From Gammaproteobacteria bacterium (GTDB taxonomy: Bacteria; Pseudomonadota; Gammaproteobacteria; CAJXQU01): DNA of 64,000 nucleotides. The stretch covers positions 960,001 to 1,024,000 of the forward strand of contig CBDEGZ010000003.1 in assembly GCA_965238175.1 (NCBI GenBank). Reading direction: 5' to 3'. Both the position numbers and the translations under genes were made by a program. Positions 49,160-59,956 of the stretch are shown here, one piece after another (position 1 is the first letter of the stretch; every line of letters starts with the position of its first letter). The notes beneath the pieces are model-generated. The model was given only the letters and a program-made list of their open reading frames with translations, made no database searches and had not been told where the DNA came from.

Positions 49160-50578
49160 ATGCGTTCTATTTTCAAGGCTTTTTTAACTCTTCTATTTAA
49201 CCGTTATACGGGTGTTGCCTTTCTGGCAGGTGTACTTGTAGCGAGTTGGTTTATTGGCGGGTTTGGTGAGGCTAAACCCGATCTTCAACGTCTTTTCTCA
49301 GAAAGTAAAACGGTTACGGATCAGCCGCCAGTGGTGTTTATTCATGGTGTACTTGGTGGGAAATTAAAAAATACTCAAACCGAAGAAGAGGTCTGGCCAG
49401 GTTCGGTCTTCAATATACTGCTTGGAGATCATGATCGCCTCGCTTTAAAAATTGATCACGATACGCTTGAGGTCAAGCCTGATGAGCATCATGCATTTGC
49501 GATTGCAGATAGTTCAGCTGGTAAAGATTTCTACGGCAATATTATCAAAACGCTACACACTTATGGTCGTTATCAAAAAGCACGTCCAGGTCAGACAATT
49601 GATCCTGTAAACAAATATTACTACCCATTTTTTTATGACTGGCGGCAGGACAATTCAAAGACCGCCGCGAAGTTAGCAGATTTTATTGATCAGATCAGAA
49701 AGGATTACAACAACCCAAACTTAAAAGTCGATATTGTCGCACACAGTATGGGAGGATTGATCGCCCGGTATTACCTCCGGTATGGAAGAACGGATGTTTT
49801 GAACGACAATGATTTCCCGATCAATATGTATGGTGAGGATCGGATCCGACGCGTAATTTTGCTTGGTACACCTAATCTGGGATCGGTCAAAACAATGAAG
49901 GCCTTTATAGCTGGTATCAATTTAGGGGCTGGCAAGATTAATCCCGAAATTTTGGCAACCATGCCAAGCTTGTATCAGCTTATGCCGCATCCACTTAATA
50001 ATTGGATCGTGACAACGCAGGGTAAAAGTTTGGAGCGAGATTTATTTGATATAAATTTATGGCGACAATTTGAGTGGAATATTTTTGATCCAGAAGTTCG
50101 AGCAAGAGTTAAAGCGCAATTTACAGATGCAAAAGAAGCGGAAGAACATTTGCAAGTATTAGAAAACTACTTCGAGAAAACAATTGAAAGAGCTCGGAGG
50201 TTTGTTTGGTCGTTAACTATTCCTTTGCCAGAAAAACATCCAACTCTGATCGTTTTTGGTGGCGATTGCACATTGACCCCAGCTAGAATTGCTGTTGAAG
50301 AAGTTGATGGCGTGTCGTTTGTTCGATTGAATGCGGGAGAAATAGTTAATCCGGATGAGAATATAGATTACGAAGAATTATTAATGGAGCCGGGCGATGG
50401 TGCTGTCACTAAAGCATCCTTGTTGGGGCGTAATGTTCTTGACCCCAGCATCCCAAGACACAAGTATTCTTTTTTCCCATTGGATCATGGGATTATGTTG
50501 TGTGAAAAACATAACAGTTTGACCGGTAATATTAGTTTTCAGGATAATTTATTAAATGCATTATTAATAAGAGATTAA
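49160..50578 (+). CDS. Lipase/LCAT-like alpha/beta hydrolase
   Basis: FIHGVLGG, YDWRQD, VAHSMGGL, LGTPNLGS, PGDGAV. Confidence 0.85.
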   Translation: MRSIFKAFLTLLFNRYTGVAFLAGVLVASWFIGGFGEAKPDLQRLFSESKTVTDQPPVVFIHGVLGGKLKNTQTEEEVWPGSVFNILLGDHDRLALKIDHDTLEVKPDEHHAFAIADSSAGKDFYGNIIKTLHTYGRYQKARPGQTIDPVNKYYYPFFYDWRQDNSKTAAKLADFIDQIRKDYNNPNLKVDIVAHSMGGLIARYYLRYGRTDVLNDNDFPINMYGEDRIRRVILLGTPNLGSVKTMKAFIAGINLGAGKINPEILATMPSLYQLMPHPLNNWIVTTQGKSLERDLFDINLWRQFEWNIFDPEVRARVKAQFTDAKEAEEHLQVLENYFEKTIERARRFVWSLTIPLPEKHPTLIVFGGDCTLTPARIAVEEVDGVSFVRLNAGEIVNPDENIDYEELLMEPGDGAVTKASLLGRNVLDPSIPRHKYSFFPLDHGIMLCEKHNSLTGNISFQDNLLNALLIRD

Positions 50579-50585
50579 TGCAAGG

Positions 50586-52295
50586 TTGATCATGAAGCTT
50601 TCCACTCTTTTTGTATATTCAGTATTTTCAACAATATTTCTTTTAACGAAAAATTCATCAGCTCAAGATGATACTCAGGCAGAAGCTGACCAAGTCGTCT
50701 ACTTAGAACAAAACTGGACTGAAGAAGAAAGACAACGATTTTATTTTATCGATCAAGGGTCACGGCTCATACCCTATGATATTTTTCTTAATCTTGAACA
50801 GGCAAAAAATGCAGAATTATTTCGTAGCGATAACAACATAAAGCGACTGGGTTTTATGCCAGCGAGAGCGAGCCGATCAAATCCAGATGGATTACCGATT
50901 GGTTTTGCTAAAGGTGATGATTTTCTTGCACCAACCTGTGCGGGGTGTCATACGCAAGTAATAGAGTACCAAGGAAAATCTATACATCTTGATGGTGGTC
51001 AAGGGATGGGTGATCTTCAACTTTTTTTGCAAGAACTTACAGAGGCACTTGGATCCACTTTAAATGATAAAGAAAAATTTGTGCGTTTTGAAAAAGCTGT
51101 GCTTGGAGAAAATGGATCAGAAAGTGCGAAACAGAAATTACAGAAAAGACTTAAGGAGCAGTATGAAATACGCAGGGATTACAATCACCGTAACCATACT
51201 GACGTACCATACGGATACGCCAGACTTGATGCATTTGGCGCCATTCTAAATAGAGGTCTACATCTAACAGGTGTGCCGGATAATTTTAACTCCCCTAATG
51301 CACCTACAAGCTATCCTTATTTATGGGATACGCCTCAACATGATTATGTGGAGTGGAATGGTTCGCAATCAAACTCCTATATTGGTGCATTAGCAAGAAA
51401 TATCGGTGAAGTAATAGGTGTTTTTGGTGACATAGATACAACGCCAACAAAAAAAATATTTTTCATTGATGGTGGATATAAGTCTTCAATACAAGCTAAA
51501 AATCTCCGTGAGGTAGAGATGTTGGTGAGTAAATTACACTCCCCCGTTTGGCCTGATTTTTTCCCAGAGATTGATCAAGATCAAGCTCAAAAAGGTCGGG
51601 CTTTATATGAGCAACATTGCTTTGCTTGTCATGCAGATATTGATCGAACCGATCCGAAACGTAAAATACACACACAAATGAGTACGCTTGATTATGTTCA
51701 AACCGATCCTTTAATGGCCAGAAATGCACTTTTCTTGCGTGGTAAAACGGGTATTCTTGAAGGTAAGCCTCGTTTCTATGCGAAAGGTAATTTACTTGGA
51801 GAAGAAGAGCCAGCACTTTTTATTGCTAACCATTTTATGGGAGGTATATTAAAAAATAATCCTCTTCAAAGTTATTTTTCAATCAGGGATGCAAAAAAAT
51901 TGGGACATGAGGATGAAATTCATCCGGTGAAATATGTTGATGGAGAAGTGATTGAAATGGGGAAAGAGGTTTCTGAACATGCATTGCTTGCCTATAAAGC
52001 ACGTCCCTTAAATGGGGTGTGGTCGAGTGCACCATTTTTACATAATGGTTCTGTTCCAAATTTATATGAGTTGCTGCTGCCTGCCGAGGAAAGATCAACC
52101 GTTTTTTATCTAGGGGACTGGGAGTTTGATCCAACCCATGTGGGTTATGTTTCAACATCGGGTTCGTTTTTGTTTGATACCAAATTACTTGGAAATAGTA
52201 ATGCAGGCCACGAATATGGCACAGGTAAGGATGGAAAATTAAGACTTCGCGAGAATGAAATTTGGGAGTTGCTAGAGTATATAAAGATGCTCTAG
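50586..52295 (+). CDS. Exported di-heme cytochrome c peroxidase-like protein (FadCCP/RoxA-like)
   Basis: CAGCH and CFACH; YKARPLNGVWSSAPFLHNGSVPNL; GNSNAGHEY. Confidence 0.85.
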   Translation: MIMKLSTLFVYSVFSTIFLLTKNSSAQDDTQAEADQVVYLEQNWTEEERQRFYFIDQGSRLIPYDIFLNLEQAKNAELFRSDNNIKRLGFMPARASRSNPDGLPIGFAKGDDFLAPTCAGCHTQVIEYQGKSIHLDGGQGMGDLQLFLQELTEALGSTLNDKEKFVRFEKAVLGENGSESAKQKLQKRLKEQYEIRRDYNHRNHTDVPYGYARLDAFGAILNRGLHLTGVPDNFNSPNAPTSYPYLWDTPQHDYVEWNGSQSNSYIGALARNIGEVIGVFGDIDTTPTKKIFFIDGGYKSSIQAKNLREVEMLVSKLHSPVWPDFFPEIDQDQAQKGRALYEQHCFACHADIDRTDPKRKIHTQMSTLDYVQTDPLMARNALFLRGKTGILEGKPRFYAKGNLLGEEEPALFIANHFMGGILKNNPLQSYFSIRDAKKLGHEDEIHPVKYVDGEVIEMGKEVSEHALLAYKARPLNGVWSSAPFLHNGSVPNLYELLLPAEERSTVFYLGDWEFDPTHVGYVSTSGSFLFDTKLLGNSNAGHEYGTGKDGKLRLRENEIWELLEYIKML

Positions 52296-52311
52296 CCTGA
52301 TAAAAAACAGT

Positions 52312-54489
52312 TTAAACCGTCAATTTTACTTCGAGTTTATCGACCAGATCTTCATTACGTTGCTTGGCCCAATCGATCAGATCTTCGCCAGGTAATGGAC
52401 AACTAAAATAATGACCCTGGATAATGTCACAATTCTGTTCTTGGAGGATCTTAAGTTGTCCCACCTCTTCGATACCTTCTGCAATTACTTTTAAGCGTAA
52501 ACTATGAGCGAGGGAAATCACCGCCTGGACGATGGCTCTGTCATCTTCATCTTTTTCAATGTCTTGTACAAAAGATTGATCAACTTTCAATGTTGTTACC
52601 GGAAATTTTTTCAAATATGAGAGGGAGGAGTAACCTGTTCCAAAATCATCAATTGCAATAGAGAATCCCAGATTTCGGAGTGTCTTTAATGTGTTAATCG
52701 CTTGTTCTACATCATTCATGATCAGGCTTTCTGTTATTTCTAATTGTATATGTTTAGATTCAATTCCGTAGTCTTCAATTGTATTTGATAATATTTTAGG
52801 TAAATCAGTTTGCCCAAATTGTACACCTGATAAATTGATTGCGACTGTTGGTGCAGGGAACCCTTCCTCTTGCATCTTATTTATAAAACGACAGGTTTCT
52901 TCAAGTACCCACTGTCCTATTGGAATAATCATTCCTGTTTGTTCGGCAACAGGAATAAAGTCTGCTGGCGAGATCATACCTAAATCAGGATGTTGCCATC
53001 GGATCAGTGCTTCCATTCCTCGCAGTTTGCCTGACATCGCATCTACTTTGGGTTGGTAGAATAAAACAAATTGTTTTTCCATGATGGCTTTGCGTAAATT
53101 GACTTCCAATGTAAGACGTTCATAAGCACGAGAATTCATTGATGTGGTAAAAAATTTGTAGCAATTCCGGCCTTCATTTTTTGCATGATAAAGTGCTGCA
53201 CCACTTTGTTTTAATAGTGATTCAACATCGCTTCCATCTTCGGGATAAGCACTTATACCTATGCTTGTCGTAATTGAAACAACATTACTATTAATCTCGA
53301 CAGGTTCGGCAATTGCACTATTAATCATCCGTGACATAATGGCCGCGGCCTCAACAGCATGGATCCCATCCATCAACACAACGAATTCATCTCCACCTAA
53401 ATGTGCTAAGACTATTTCGAGCGTTGATTTTGCGTGGTACATACGGGTTGAGGACATATCATCTTCAATATATTCTTCAATACATTGGTTTAATCGTGCG
53501 GCGACATTTCTAAGCAGTTCATCTCCACTTTGATGACCTAGTGTGTCATTAATACGTTTAAAATGATCTAAACCTAGTGTCAAAATGGCCGCGATATGAT
53601 CATCTGAATTATGGCTAGAGATGACTTTTTCTAATTTTCGTCGTAACAACGTACGGTTTGCTAGCCCGGTAACCTTGTCATAGTTAGATAGTTTTTCTAT
53701 TTTACTTTCGGCATGTTTTCGATCGGTTATATCTTGTATTGTTCCGATCAAATGATGTGGTTTTCCAGAATCGAGATAGGTAATTTCAGCTTCATGATAA
53801 ACGACACGAATTTTTCCAGCTGAGTTTTTTATGCGATATTCGAGTTTAAAGTTTTGTTGTTTATCTCTGGCGAGTTTTAGAGCAGCTTTCACTTTTCCCA
53901 TATCTTTTTTATAAATGTTTTGGAAAAAATAAGTAATATCACCAGAAGATTTTTCAGGCTTAAGCCAAAATGTATTTGTGATCTGCTCAGACCAGCTTAC
54001 ATGTTGACTAAAATCCCACTCCCAATAACCTAGTTTTGCTAAACGCTGTGCATGTCCAAGTTTTTCCTGACTGGCACGTAAATCGTCAGCAGTTTGTTTT
54101 GAACGTAACATATAAATAATACGATGAGATAGTATGGTGTAGTTGATTGGTTTTGTAGCAAAATCGGTTGCACCTGCTTCGTAAGATCTATCAATCGATT
54201 TTATATCTTCAAGCCCAGTCATCATTAAGATCGGCGTGTGTTCACACTCAGGTATTTTTCTGATGAAAGCACATGCTTCGAATCCATCCATTTCAGGCAT
54301 CATTACATCAAGTAAAATAATATCTGGTTTTAATTGTTGTGCCTGTTCAATTGCCTGCTTACCATTTTCAGCTTCTTCGACGATAAAACCTTGTTGTTCA
54401 AGTGATTCTTTGACCATAAATCGTATTGTGATGTCATCATCAACAACAAGTATGACCGAAGAATGCTGAGTTTCTATACTAGACGACAT
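52312..54489 (-). CDS. REC-PAS-GGDEF-EAL response regulator
   Basis: LLDVMMP, GGDEF, EALIRW, DDFGTGYSSL. Confidence 0.95.
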   Translation of the reverse strand: MSSSIETQHSSVILVVDDDITIRFMVKESLEQQGFIVEEAENGKQAIEQAQQLKPDIILLDVMMPEMDGFEACAFIRKIPECEHTPILMMTGLEDIKSIDRSYEAGATDFATKPINYTILSHRIIYMLRSKQTADDLRASQEKLGHAQRLAKLGYWEWDFSQHVSWSEQITNTFWLKPEKSSGDITYFFQNIYKKDMGKVKAALKLARDKQQNFKLEYRIKNSAGKIRVVYHEAEITYLDSGKPHHLIGTIQDITDRKHAESKIEKLSNYDKVTGLANRTLLRRKLEKVISSHNSDDHIAAILTLGLDHFKRINDTLGHQSGDELLRNVAARLNQCIEEYIEDDMSSTRMYHAKSTLEIVLAHLGGDEFVVLMDGIHAVEAAAIMSRMINSAIAEPVEINSNVVSITTSIGISAYPEDGSDVESLLKQSGAALYHAKNEGRNCYKFFTTSMNSRAYERLTLEVNLRKAIMEKQFVLFYQPKVDAMSGKLRGMEALIRWQHPDLGMISPADFIPVAEQTGMIIPIGQWVLEETCRFINKMQEEGFPAPTVAINLSGVQFGQTDLPKILSNTIEDYGIESKHIQLEITESLIMNDVEQAINTLKTLRNLGFSIAIDDFGTGYSSLSYLKKFPVTTLKVDQSFVQDIEKDEDDRAIVQAVISLAHSLRLKVIAEGIEEVGQLKILQEQNCDIIQGHYFSCPLPGEDLIDWAKQRNEDLVDKLEVKLTV

Positions 54490-54549
54490 ATAAATTCAGT
54501 TTATAGATAGTCATGAGAGAATAGTGGCTGATAATGTTGCAAGTTAATA

Positions 54550-57339
54550 TCATGCTACTTCTTTCTCTTCTTGAATAACAATATTTAAAGCGGTGCAAAC
54601 CGCTTCATATTCATATTCAAGAACATTCAGTGAGGACTGTGCTTTCTCAATATCTTCTTCTTTTCCTAAAGTTTCGAGTTCAGAACAAAGTTTAGCTAGA
54701 CCTGTTGCTCCAACTGTCAAACAACTCGATTTTAGACTGTAAGCTGAGCGTCGTAACGAGGCATACTCACCTTTAGAAATAGCGGACTCTAAAGCGTGAA
54801 TAATTTTCTGACTATTGCTCAAGAAAAGTTTAATCACTTTTATAACAACATTTGCTTGACCTTCTCTTTGTAATTTTCGGATTTTATCGAAAGCTAAGAT
54901 ATCAATTTTGGCGACAGGTTTTATTTCCGAGTCCTTAATTTCAGTTTCCTTATTTTGTTTTAAAGGATGTTCTTCCTGCTTTTTGTTATGTTGATAAATT
55001 TCACTTTTATTTTCTTTTGCTAACAGAGGAAGCCATCGATATAAAAGTGCGCCTAGTTGCTCTATGTTAAATGGTTTGGCCATGTAATCGTCCATACCTG
55101 CAGAAATACATTTTTCTCGATCACCTTCCATAGCATTCGCCGTGAGTGCAATAATCGGGATATGTTGAATTTCTTTTTGTCGACTTTCCCAAGCACGTAG
55201 TTGTTTGGTTGCTTCAAAGCCATCCATTTCAGGCATTTGACAATCCATTAAGATCAAGTCATAGGGTTCATGAAAATTATCGAGTGAGTATTTTGTAATG
55301 GTATCGAGAGCTAACTTACCGTTGTCAACAATCTCAGCAGTACAACCAAGGTTAGCGATCATTTCGCGAACTAGTTCCTGATTTACAATATTATCTTCTG
55401 CTATCAGGATATGCCCATGTAAATCGGATATTTTGCTAGAGAGGGTAACTTCACGTATGTGATCTGATGCATTAAAGCCCGTTTGTTCTGAGTAAAGTGC
55501 GGCACAAACGGACTCATAGAGTTCATTTTGTCGGATCGGTTTATTAAGGTATGTCTCTATCCCTGCTAATAACCACTGTCCGGTTTCTTCCAAATTACCG
55601 ACCGAACTCAGCATAATTAATTTGATCTCTGCCAGGCTAGAATCGTTTTTAATTTTTTTTGCAAGGGAAATACCATCAATATCTGATAGCTGATTGTCAA
55701 GAATTGCGAGTGTGAAGGGGTTACCTTGTTGTTTTGCAGCGAGTAATGCTTCGAGCGCTGTTTTTCCATCGGAAACAGAATAAAAATCTATGCCCCAGTT
55801 TGTGAATTGTTTCTCAAGAACATTGCGGTTGCTTACGCTGCTGTCTGCGATTAATAATCTATTCTTTTCAAAGTGATTTGACGTTGTTTTAGATAGTGGT
55901 TGTTTTACAGCGACTTCTTTTTTTAATGGAATGGCAAACCAAAAAACTGCTCCTTTTCCCAGTTGACTTTTAATGCCTATTTTCCCTTGCATTAACTCGG
56001 TTAGTTTTTTACATATGGTCAAGCCTAAACCTGTGCCTCCAAATTTACGAGTTGTTGAACCATCTGCTTGCGAGAAAGAACCAAATATTTTGTGCTGAGC
56101 AGATTCTTCAATACCTATTCCTGTATCACGAATCTTAAATCTTATGAAAAATTGATCAGACGTTTTCTCAAATAATTCAACTTGTAAAGATACTTCACCT
56201 TCAGAAGTAAATTTGAGTGCATTCCCAATCAGGTTAATCAGAATTTGTCTTATTCTTTCAGCATCACCTCTAAACATGCTGTGACCATTAGCAGGGTAAT
56301 CGCATATTAATCCCAAACCTTTTTGATAAGCCTGATCTGCAAATAAGGCACTCACTTCTTCAACTAGGAAGCGCAGATCAAAAACAGTATGGTTTAATTC
56401 GAGTTTTCCAGCTTCGAATTTAGAAAAATCCAAAATATCATTGATAATAGTGAGAAGTGCATTTCCCGATTTGTGTATTGTTTCGGCAAACCTGATTTGC
56501 TTATTGGTTAATTCGGTATTGATTAACAACTCGGCCATACCTAATATGCCGTTCATTGGAGTACGAATTTCGTGACTCATTGTTGCGAGGAACTCACTTT
56601 TAGCACTCGTAGCAGCTTGTGCTTCATCCCTTGCTTTGATTAATTCTTCTTCTGCTTGTTTTCTATCATTTATTTCATGTTTCAGTTCCGCATTAGTTGT
56701 TTTTGTTTCCCGAATTGCTATGTTTAGATCATTAATTAACTTTTGGTGCATATCACTCAGTGAATTAGTTCGCGTTTGGAAATCAAGACTTATTCTTACA
56801 ACCCTCATAATCACTGGAATCAAGGAAGCGATGAGGAAACTTTTACTAATAGAAACCGTATTTAGTTCAGACAAATAAAATAGTGATGTAGGTAATAAAA
56901 TGACAGATGAAAATATTAAAACAAGACGCGAAGAGGATGTGAATAAGGGAACACCAAGAGCGACTATTGCAATCAGCGACATGATGAGTAAGACATGATT
57001 ACTATCTGATGTCTGAGGTAAAATAATTCCACCGAGAGAACCCCAAATAAGGCCACTAAAAACAAATCCACTTGTAAAAAAAATATTATTGTGAGACCTG
57101 GTTTTTTTTAACGAAGATATGTAGTGGAATAATGCTAATATGGCCGTATTAGCTTCTAGGCTTATAAACCATAAATGTAACAGGTTGTTGTCTGTGTCAC
57201 TACGTATTACAACAAGAACAAACAAAGCCAACAAAGCTGAAAATACGAAATACATAAATGTATTTCGTGATAGAGCATCTTCTATAAAAAGCTCTGGAGG
57301 CAATTCTATTTCGTTATTATCCATGCAATAAAATTTCAA
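54550..57339 (-). CDS. Membrane hybrid histidine kinase (HisKA-HATPase-REC-REC-Hpt)
   Basis: SHEIRTPMNG, NLIGNALKFT, GGTGLGL, LMDCQMP; Hpt reads AYSLKS. Confidence 0.95.
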   Translation of the reverse strand: MKFYCMDNNEIELPPELFIEDALSRNTFMYFVFSALLALFVLVVIRSDTDNNLLHLWFISLEANTAILALFHYISSLKKTRSHNNIFFTSGFVFSGLIWGSLGGIILPQTSDSNHVLLIMSLIAIVALGVPLFTSSSRLVLIFSSVILLPTSLFYLSELNTVSISKSFLIASLIPVIMRVVRISLDFQTRTNSLSDMHQKLINDLNIAIRETKTTNAELKHEINDRKQAEEELIKARDEAQAATSAKSEFLATMSHEIRTPMNGILGMAELLINTELTNKQIRFAETIHKSGNALLTIINDILDFSKFEAGKLELNHTVFDLRFLVEEVSALFADQAYQKGLGLICDYPANGHSMFRGDAERIRQILINLIGNALKFTSEGEVSLQVELFEKTSDQFFIRFKIRDTGIGIEESAQHKIFGSFSQADGSTTRKFGGTGLGLTICKKLTELMQGKIGIKSQLGKGAVFWFAIPLKKEVAVKQPLSKTTSNHFEKNRLLIADSSVSNRNVLEKQFTNWGIDFYSVSDGKTALEALLAAKQQGNPFTLAILDNQLSDIDGISLAKKIKNDSSLAEIKLIMLSSVGNLEETGQWLLAGIETYLNKPIRQNELYESVCAALYSEQTGFNASDHIREVTLSSKISDLHGHILIAEDNIVNQELVREMIANLGCTAEIVDNGKLALDTITKYSLDNFHEPYDLILMDCQMPEMDGFEATKQLRAWESRQKEIQHIPIIALTANAMEGDREKCISAGMDDYMAKPFNIEQLGALLYRWLPLLAKENKSEIYQHNKKQEEHPLKQNKETEIKDSEIKPVAKIDILAFDKIRKLQREGQANVVIKVIKLFLSNSQKIIHALESAISKGEYASLRRSAYSLKSSCLTVGATGLAKLCSELETLGKEEDIEKAQSSLNVLEYEYEAVCTALNIVIQEEKEVA

Positions 57340-57362
57340 CGAGGATTCTATGAGTTCTATGT

Positions 57363-59198
57363 TTAGTACTTGTGTGCATTTTGGTTCAATGGCTCGTTGG
57401 TTAGCTCTGCTATTAAGGCAGATTCCACTTGGATTATTTCTGCATTTAGTGAATGAAATGGTTTTGGTATGGAAGTATATTCTTTGCTATCGATAGCCTC
57501 TTTAATTGTGTTCAAATATTCCATCAAACCAATCGCTCCAACATGTAGGCTTCGGCTTCCTAAATCTTTTACAATGACATTGAGTTCTGAATATTTTCTG
57601 GCATCAAGGGCCTGCTGTGCTTGTTCTAATAGTGCTGGCGCATCTTCCAGGTAGCTATTCAGGATCGAAGAAAAATGTGTTGGTATTATTGATCGAAGAC
57701 CATCAATAACATAAGAATCAATAACAGGTTTATATATTGTTGGGAGTTTTTCTCTTTGAGAAGATGATGTTGAAATTTCAACTAAATCATCAATCAGAAT
57801 TTCTAGTGGAGAAGGAAGCCTTTTGGATAGTTTTTTTACCGATTGAGTAATTGCAGAGATCAGTAAATCTTCATTGATAGGCCTTTCAATTATATGATAT
57901 ATATTTAATCTTTTTAGCCTTTCTTGATCTATTTTTTCACTAGAACCCAGTATAATGAATTCAATGTTTTTGAATGCTGGATCATCTTTTAAACATTCTG
58001 CAAAACCTAGCCCATCTATTTCTGGAAAATTGATGGTTGAAATGATAATTTCGAAATAATCTTTCCGAGATTCTGCATCGCAAAGTGAATTAAGCGCAGA
58101 AGTAATATTGCTCACAAATTCGCAGTTCCACCCTGATTTCAAAACACATTTTTCAAGGATTTTAAATTCATGTTTCTGATCATTAACAATTAAAATATTA
58201 CCCTGAATAGGACTCTTGAATTCTTTTTCTTTGTTATCAAAATCCAGAGGAATGTATTCCGAGCTTCCTATATCAACTTCGTTTAAATTGTCAGCTATAT
58301 AATGTGCATTTTCTTCTACAAAAGAAAGAAGCTTCTTTTGTTTTTTTGATAGTTTTGATTCTTTTAATAAATTAAGATTATTGACTAGATTAAGAGATGT
58401 TCCAGCAAGCTGATAAAGTTCTTCACCAAGCTCGGTAATAATGTGATCAGTTTCTTCTGTTTTTTGTGACTTGATGTCAAATTGATCTTTGAGGTTTTTG
58501 AGTTTATTTTTTTCTTTTCTGATGTTTTTTCTCAGAAGAAGATTTTCATCTTCTAAATTAATAATTGTTATTTCATTTTCAGTGTCGATACTAAAAGCAG
58601 TGTGCAGCGTATTATTCAATCTACATGTCGAAAAATAGAACATCATGCTGAGTACACCAAGTGAGCTTGCGATCAAAAATTCACTATCACCTCCTGTGCT
58701 GAAAAGGCGTGTTATGTAGGGTAGGGTTACGCATACAAGAAAAGGCACTGCGACAAGAATATTAGTTGAATAAGAAATACTACCGGTACCACCAACACCT
58801 ATTAACAAAAGTGCAATTAAACTCATCATCAATATTGAATCAATAGGGAATAAAAAGGCAGCTGAAATTCCCCATCCTAGTCCTTCTACTAAGATCAGAG
58901 AAATAATAATTTTTTGCCAGTGTGAGGTTAAGGATCCAGTCGTTGTTGCGTTTGCAAAGCTAAAACCACAAAGCCAACGTGCAATAAGAAAAGATACCAT
59001 CGTTCCTTGCCAAACAAACATCAGTTTATGATCTATCTGTTCCCAGACAAGCACAGGGAATAAAATGATCAGACAAAGACTGACCAGGGATGTCAGCAGA
59101 TCATTTTGAATAAAACTTGCTGTACTGAAATTGTGTTCGTCCAGGAAGGAGTTAAGATCCGGATTTTCATCATCTGGATTGACCGTATAGTCAGTCAC
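57363..59198 (-). CDS. Degenerate hybrid sensor (TM - pseudo-REC - pseudo-Hpt)
   Basis: Same TM sensor layout as its neighbour; no HATPase; phosphoacceptor residues substituted. Confidence 0.75.
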   Translation of the reverse strand: MTDYTVNPDDENPDLNSFLDEHNFSTASFIQNDLLTSLVSLCLIILFPVLVWEQIDHKLMFVWQGTMVSFLIARWLCGFSFANATTTGSLTSHWQKIIISLILVEGLGWGISAAFLFPIDSILMMSLIALLLIGVGGTGSISYSTNILVAVPFLVCVTLPYITRLFSTGGDSEFLIASSLGVLSMMFYFSTCRLNNTLHTAFSIDTENEITIINLEDENLLLRKNIRKEKNKLKNLKDQFDIKSQKTEETDHIITELGEELYQLAGTSLNLVNNLNLLKESKLSKKQKKLLSFVEENAHYIADNLNEVDIGSSEYIPLDFDNKEKEFKSPIQGNILIVNDQKHEFKILEKCVLKSGWNCEFVSNITSALNSLCDAESRKDYFEIIISTINFPEIDGLGFAECLKDDPAFKNIEFIILGSSEKIDQERLKRLNIYHIIERPINEDLLISAITQSVKKLSKRLPSPLEILIDDLVEISTSSSQREKLPTIYKPVIDSYVIDGLRSIIPTHFSSILNSYLEDAPALLEQAQQALDARKYSELNVIVKDLGSRSLHVGAIGLMEYLNTIKEAIDSKEYTSIPKPFHSLNAEIIQVESALIAELTNEPLNQNAHKY

Positions 59199-59226
59199 TG
59201 CTCATATTCTCCGTTTATGTTTTATT

Positions 59227-59793
59227 CTAATGGATCGTATTTGACCCTTCAATTATAAAACTGGAGCCCGAGACTTTTTCTAAGGTTCGTTTGGCATTCT
59301 TGCTACCTGAGCCGGTCCATAATTCATGGGCTTGCATTGGATCTAGGCAGCTGTATCCATCGTCTATTTCTCGTAAACTTTGTAGAACATCCATCAGTTT
59401 TACAAAGTCACGACTCATATGCGCATAAACATTATCGAATTTCCCAGCAGCTAATTCTGCGTATGTTCCTATGCCTAGCTCAACAAAATAATTAATGGAT
59501 ATTTGCTTTTGTCCGGCGTAATCTGGAAATAAACCGGCGAAGATAAGACATTGATCGGCGACATCTTGCATGCTTCCATAACGAATAACGCCTGTTTCAA
59601 GGAATTCATCAAGGAGATCTGTTGAACTGGTTTGAGTATGATTCTGGTTTATATTGCCCATAAAGCGCATCAGCGTTGTTACGAGATAACCTTCGGTTTC
59701 TTCGTCTAATGTATAACCTGCAGAGGCTTGTGCCTCGCCAACGAGGGCATGCCATAAAGCAGTCTCAGATGTATGTAACATGACATGGCTCAT
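59227..59793 (-). CDS. Hypothetical protein
   Basis: 188-aa ORF with an AGGA RBS; QDVADQCLIFAGLFP. Confidence 0.8.
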   Translation of the reverse strand: MSHVMLHTSETALWHALVGEAQASAGYTLDEETEGYLVTTLMRFMGNINQNHTQTSSTDLLDEFLETGVIRYGSMQDVADQCLIFAGLFPDYAGQKQISINYFVELGIGTYAELAAGKFDNVYAHMSRDFVKLMDVLQSLREIDDGYSCLDPMQAHELWTGSGSKNAKRTLEKVSGSSFIIEGSNTIH

Positions 59794-59956
59794 ATTTATG
59801 TCCTTGAGTAAATTAATTATGTTTTGTGTGCTTAGATAAGCGACCAGAAACCAAAAACCTTTAGTGTGTGTCGTATCAATTGTTAAAATGATTATTTACA
59901 CAAGCAATCATCGAAAGGCTATAATCTTTGCCATTTTTCGTCTTAAATAAAAACAG

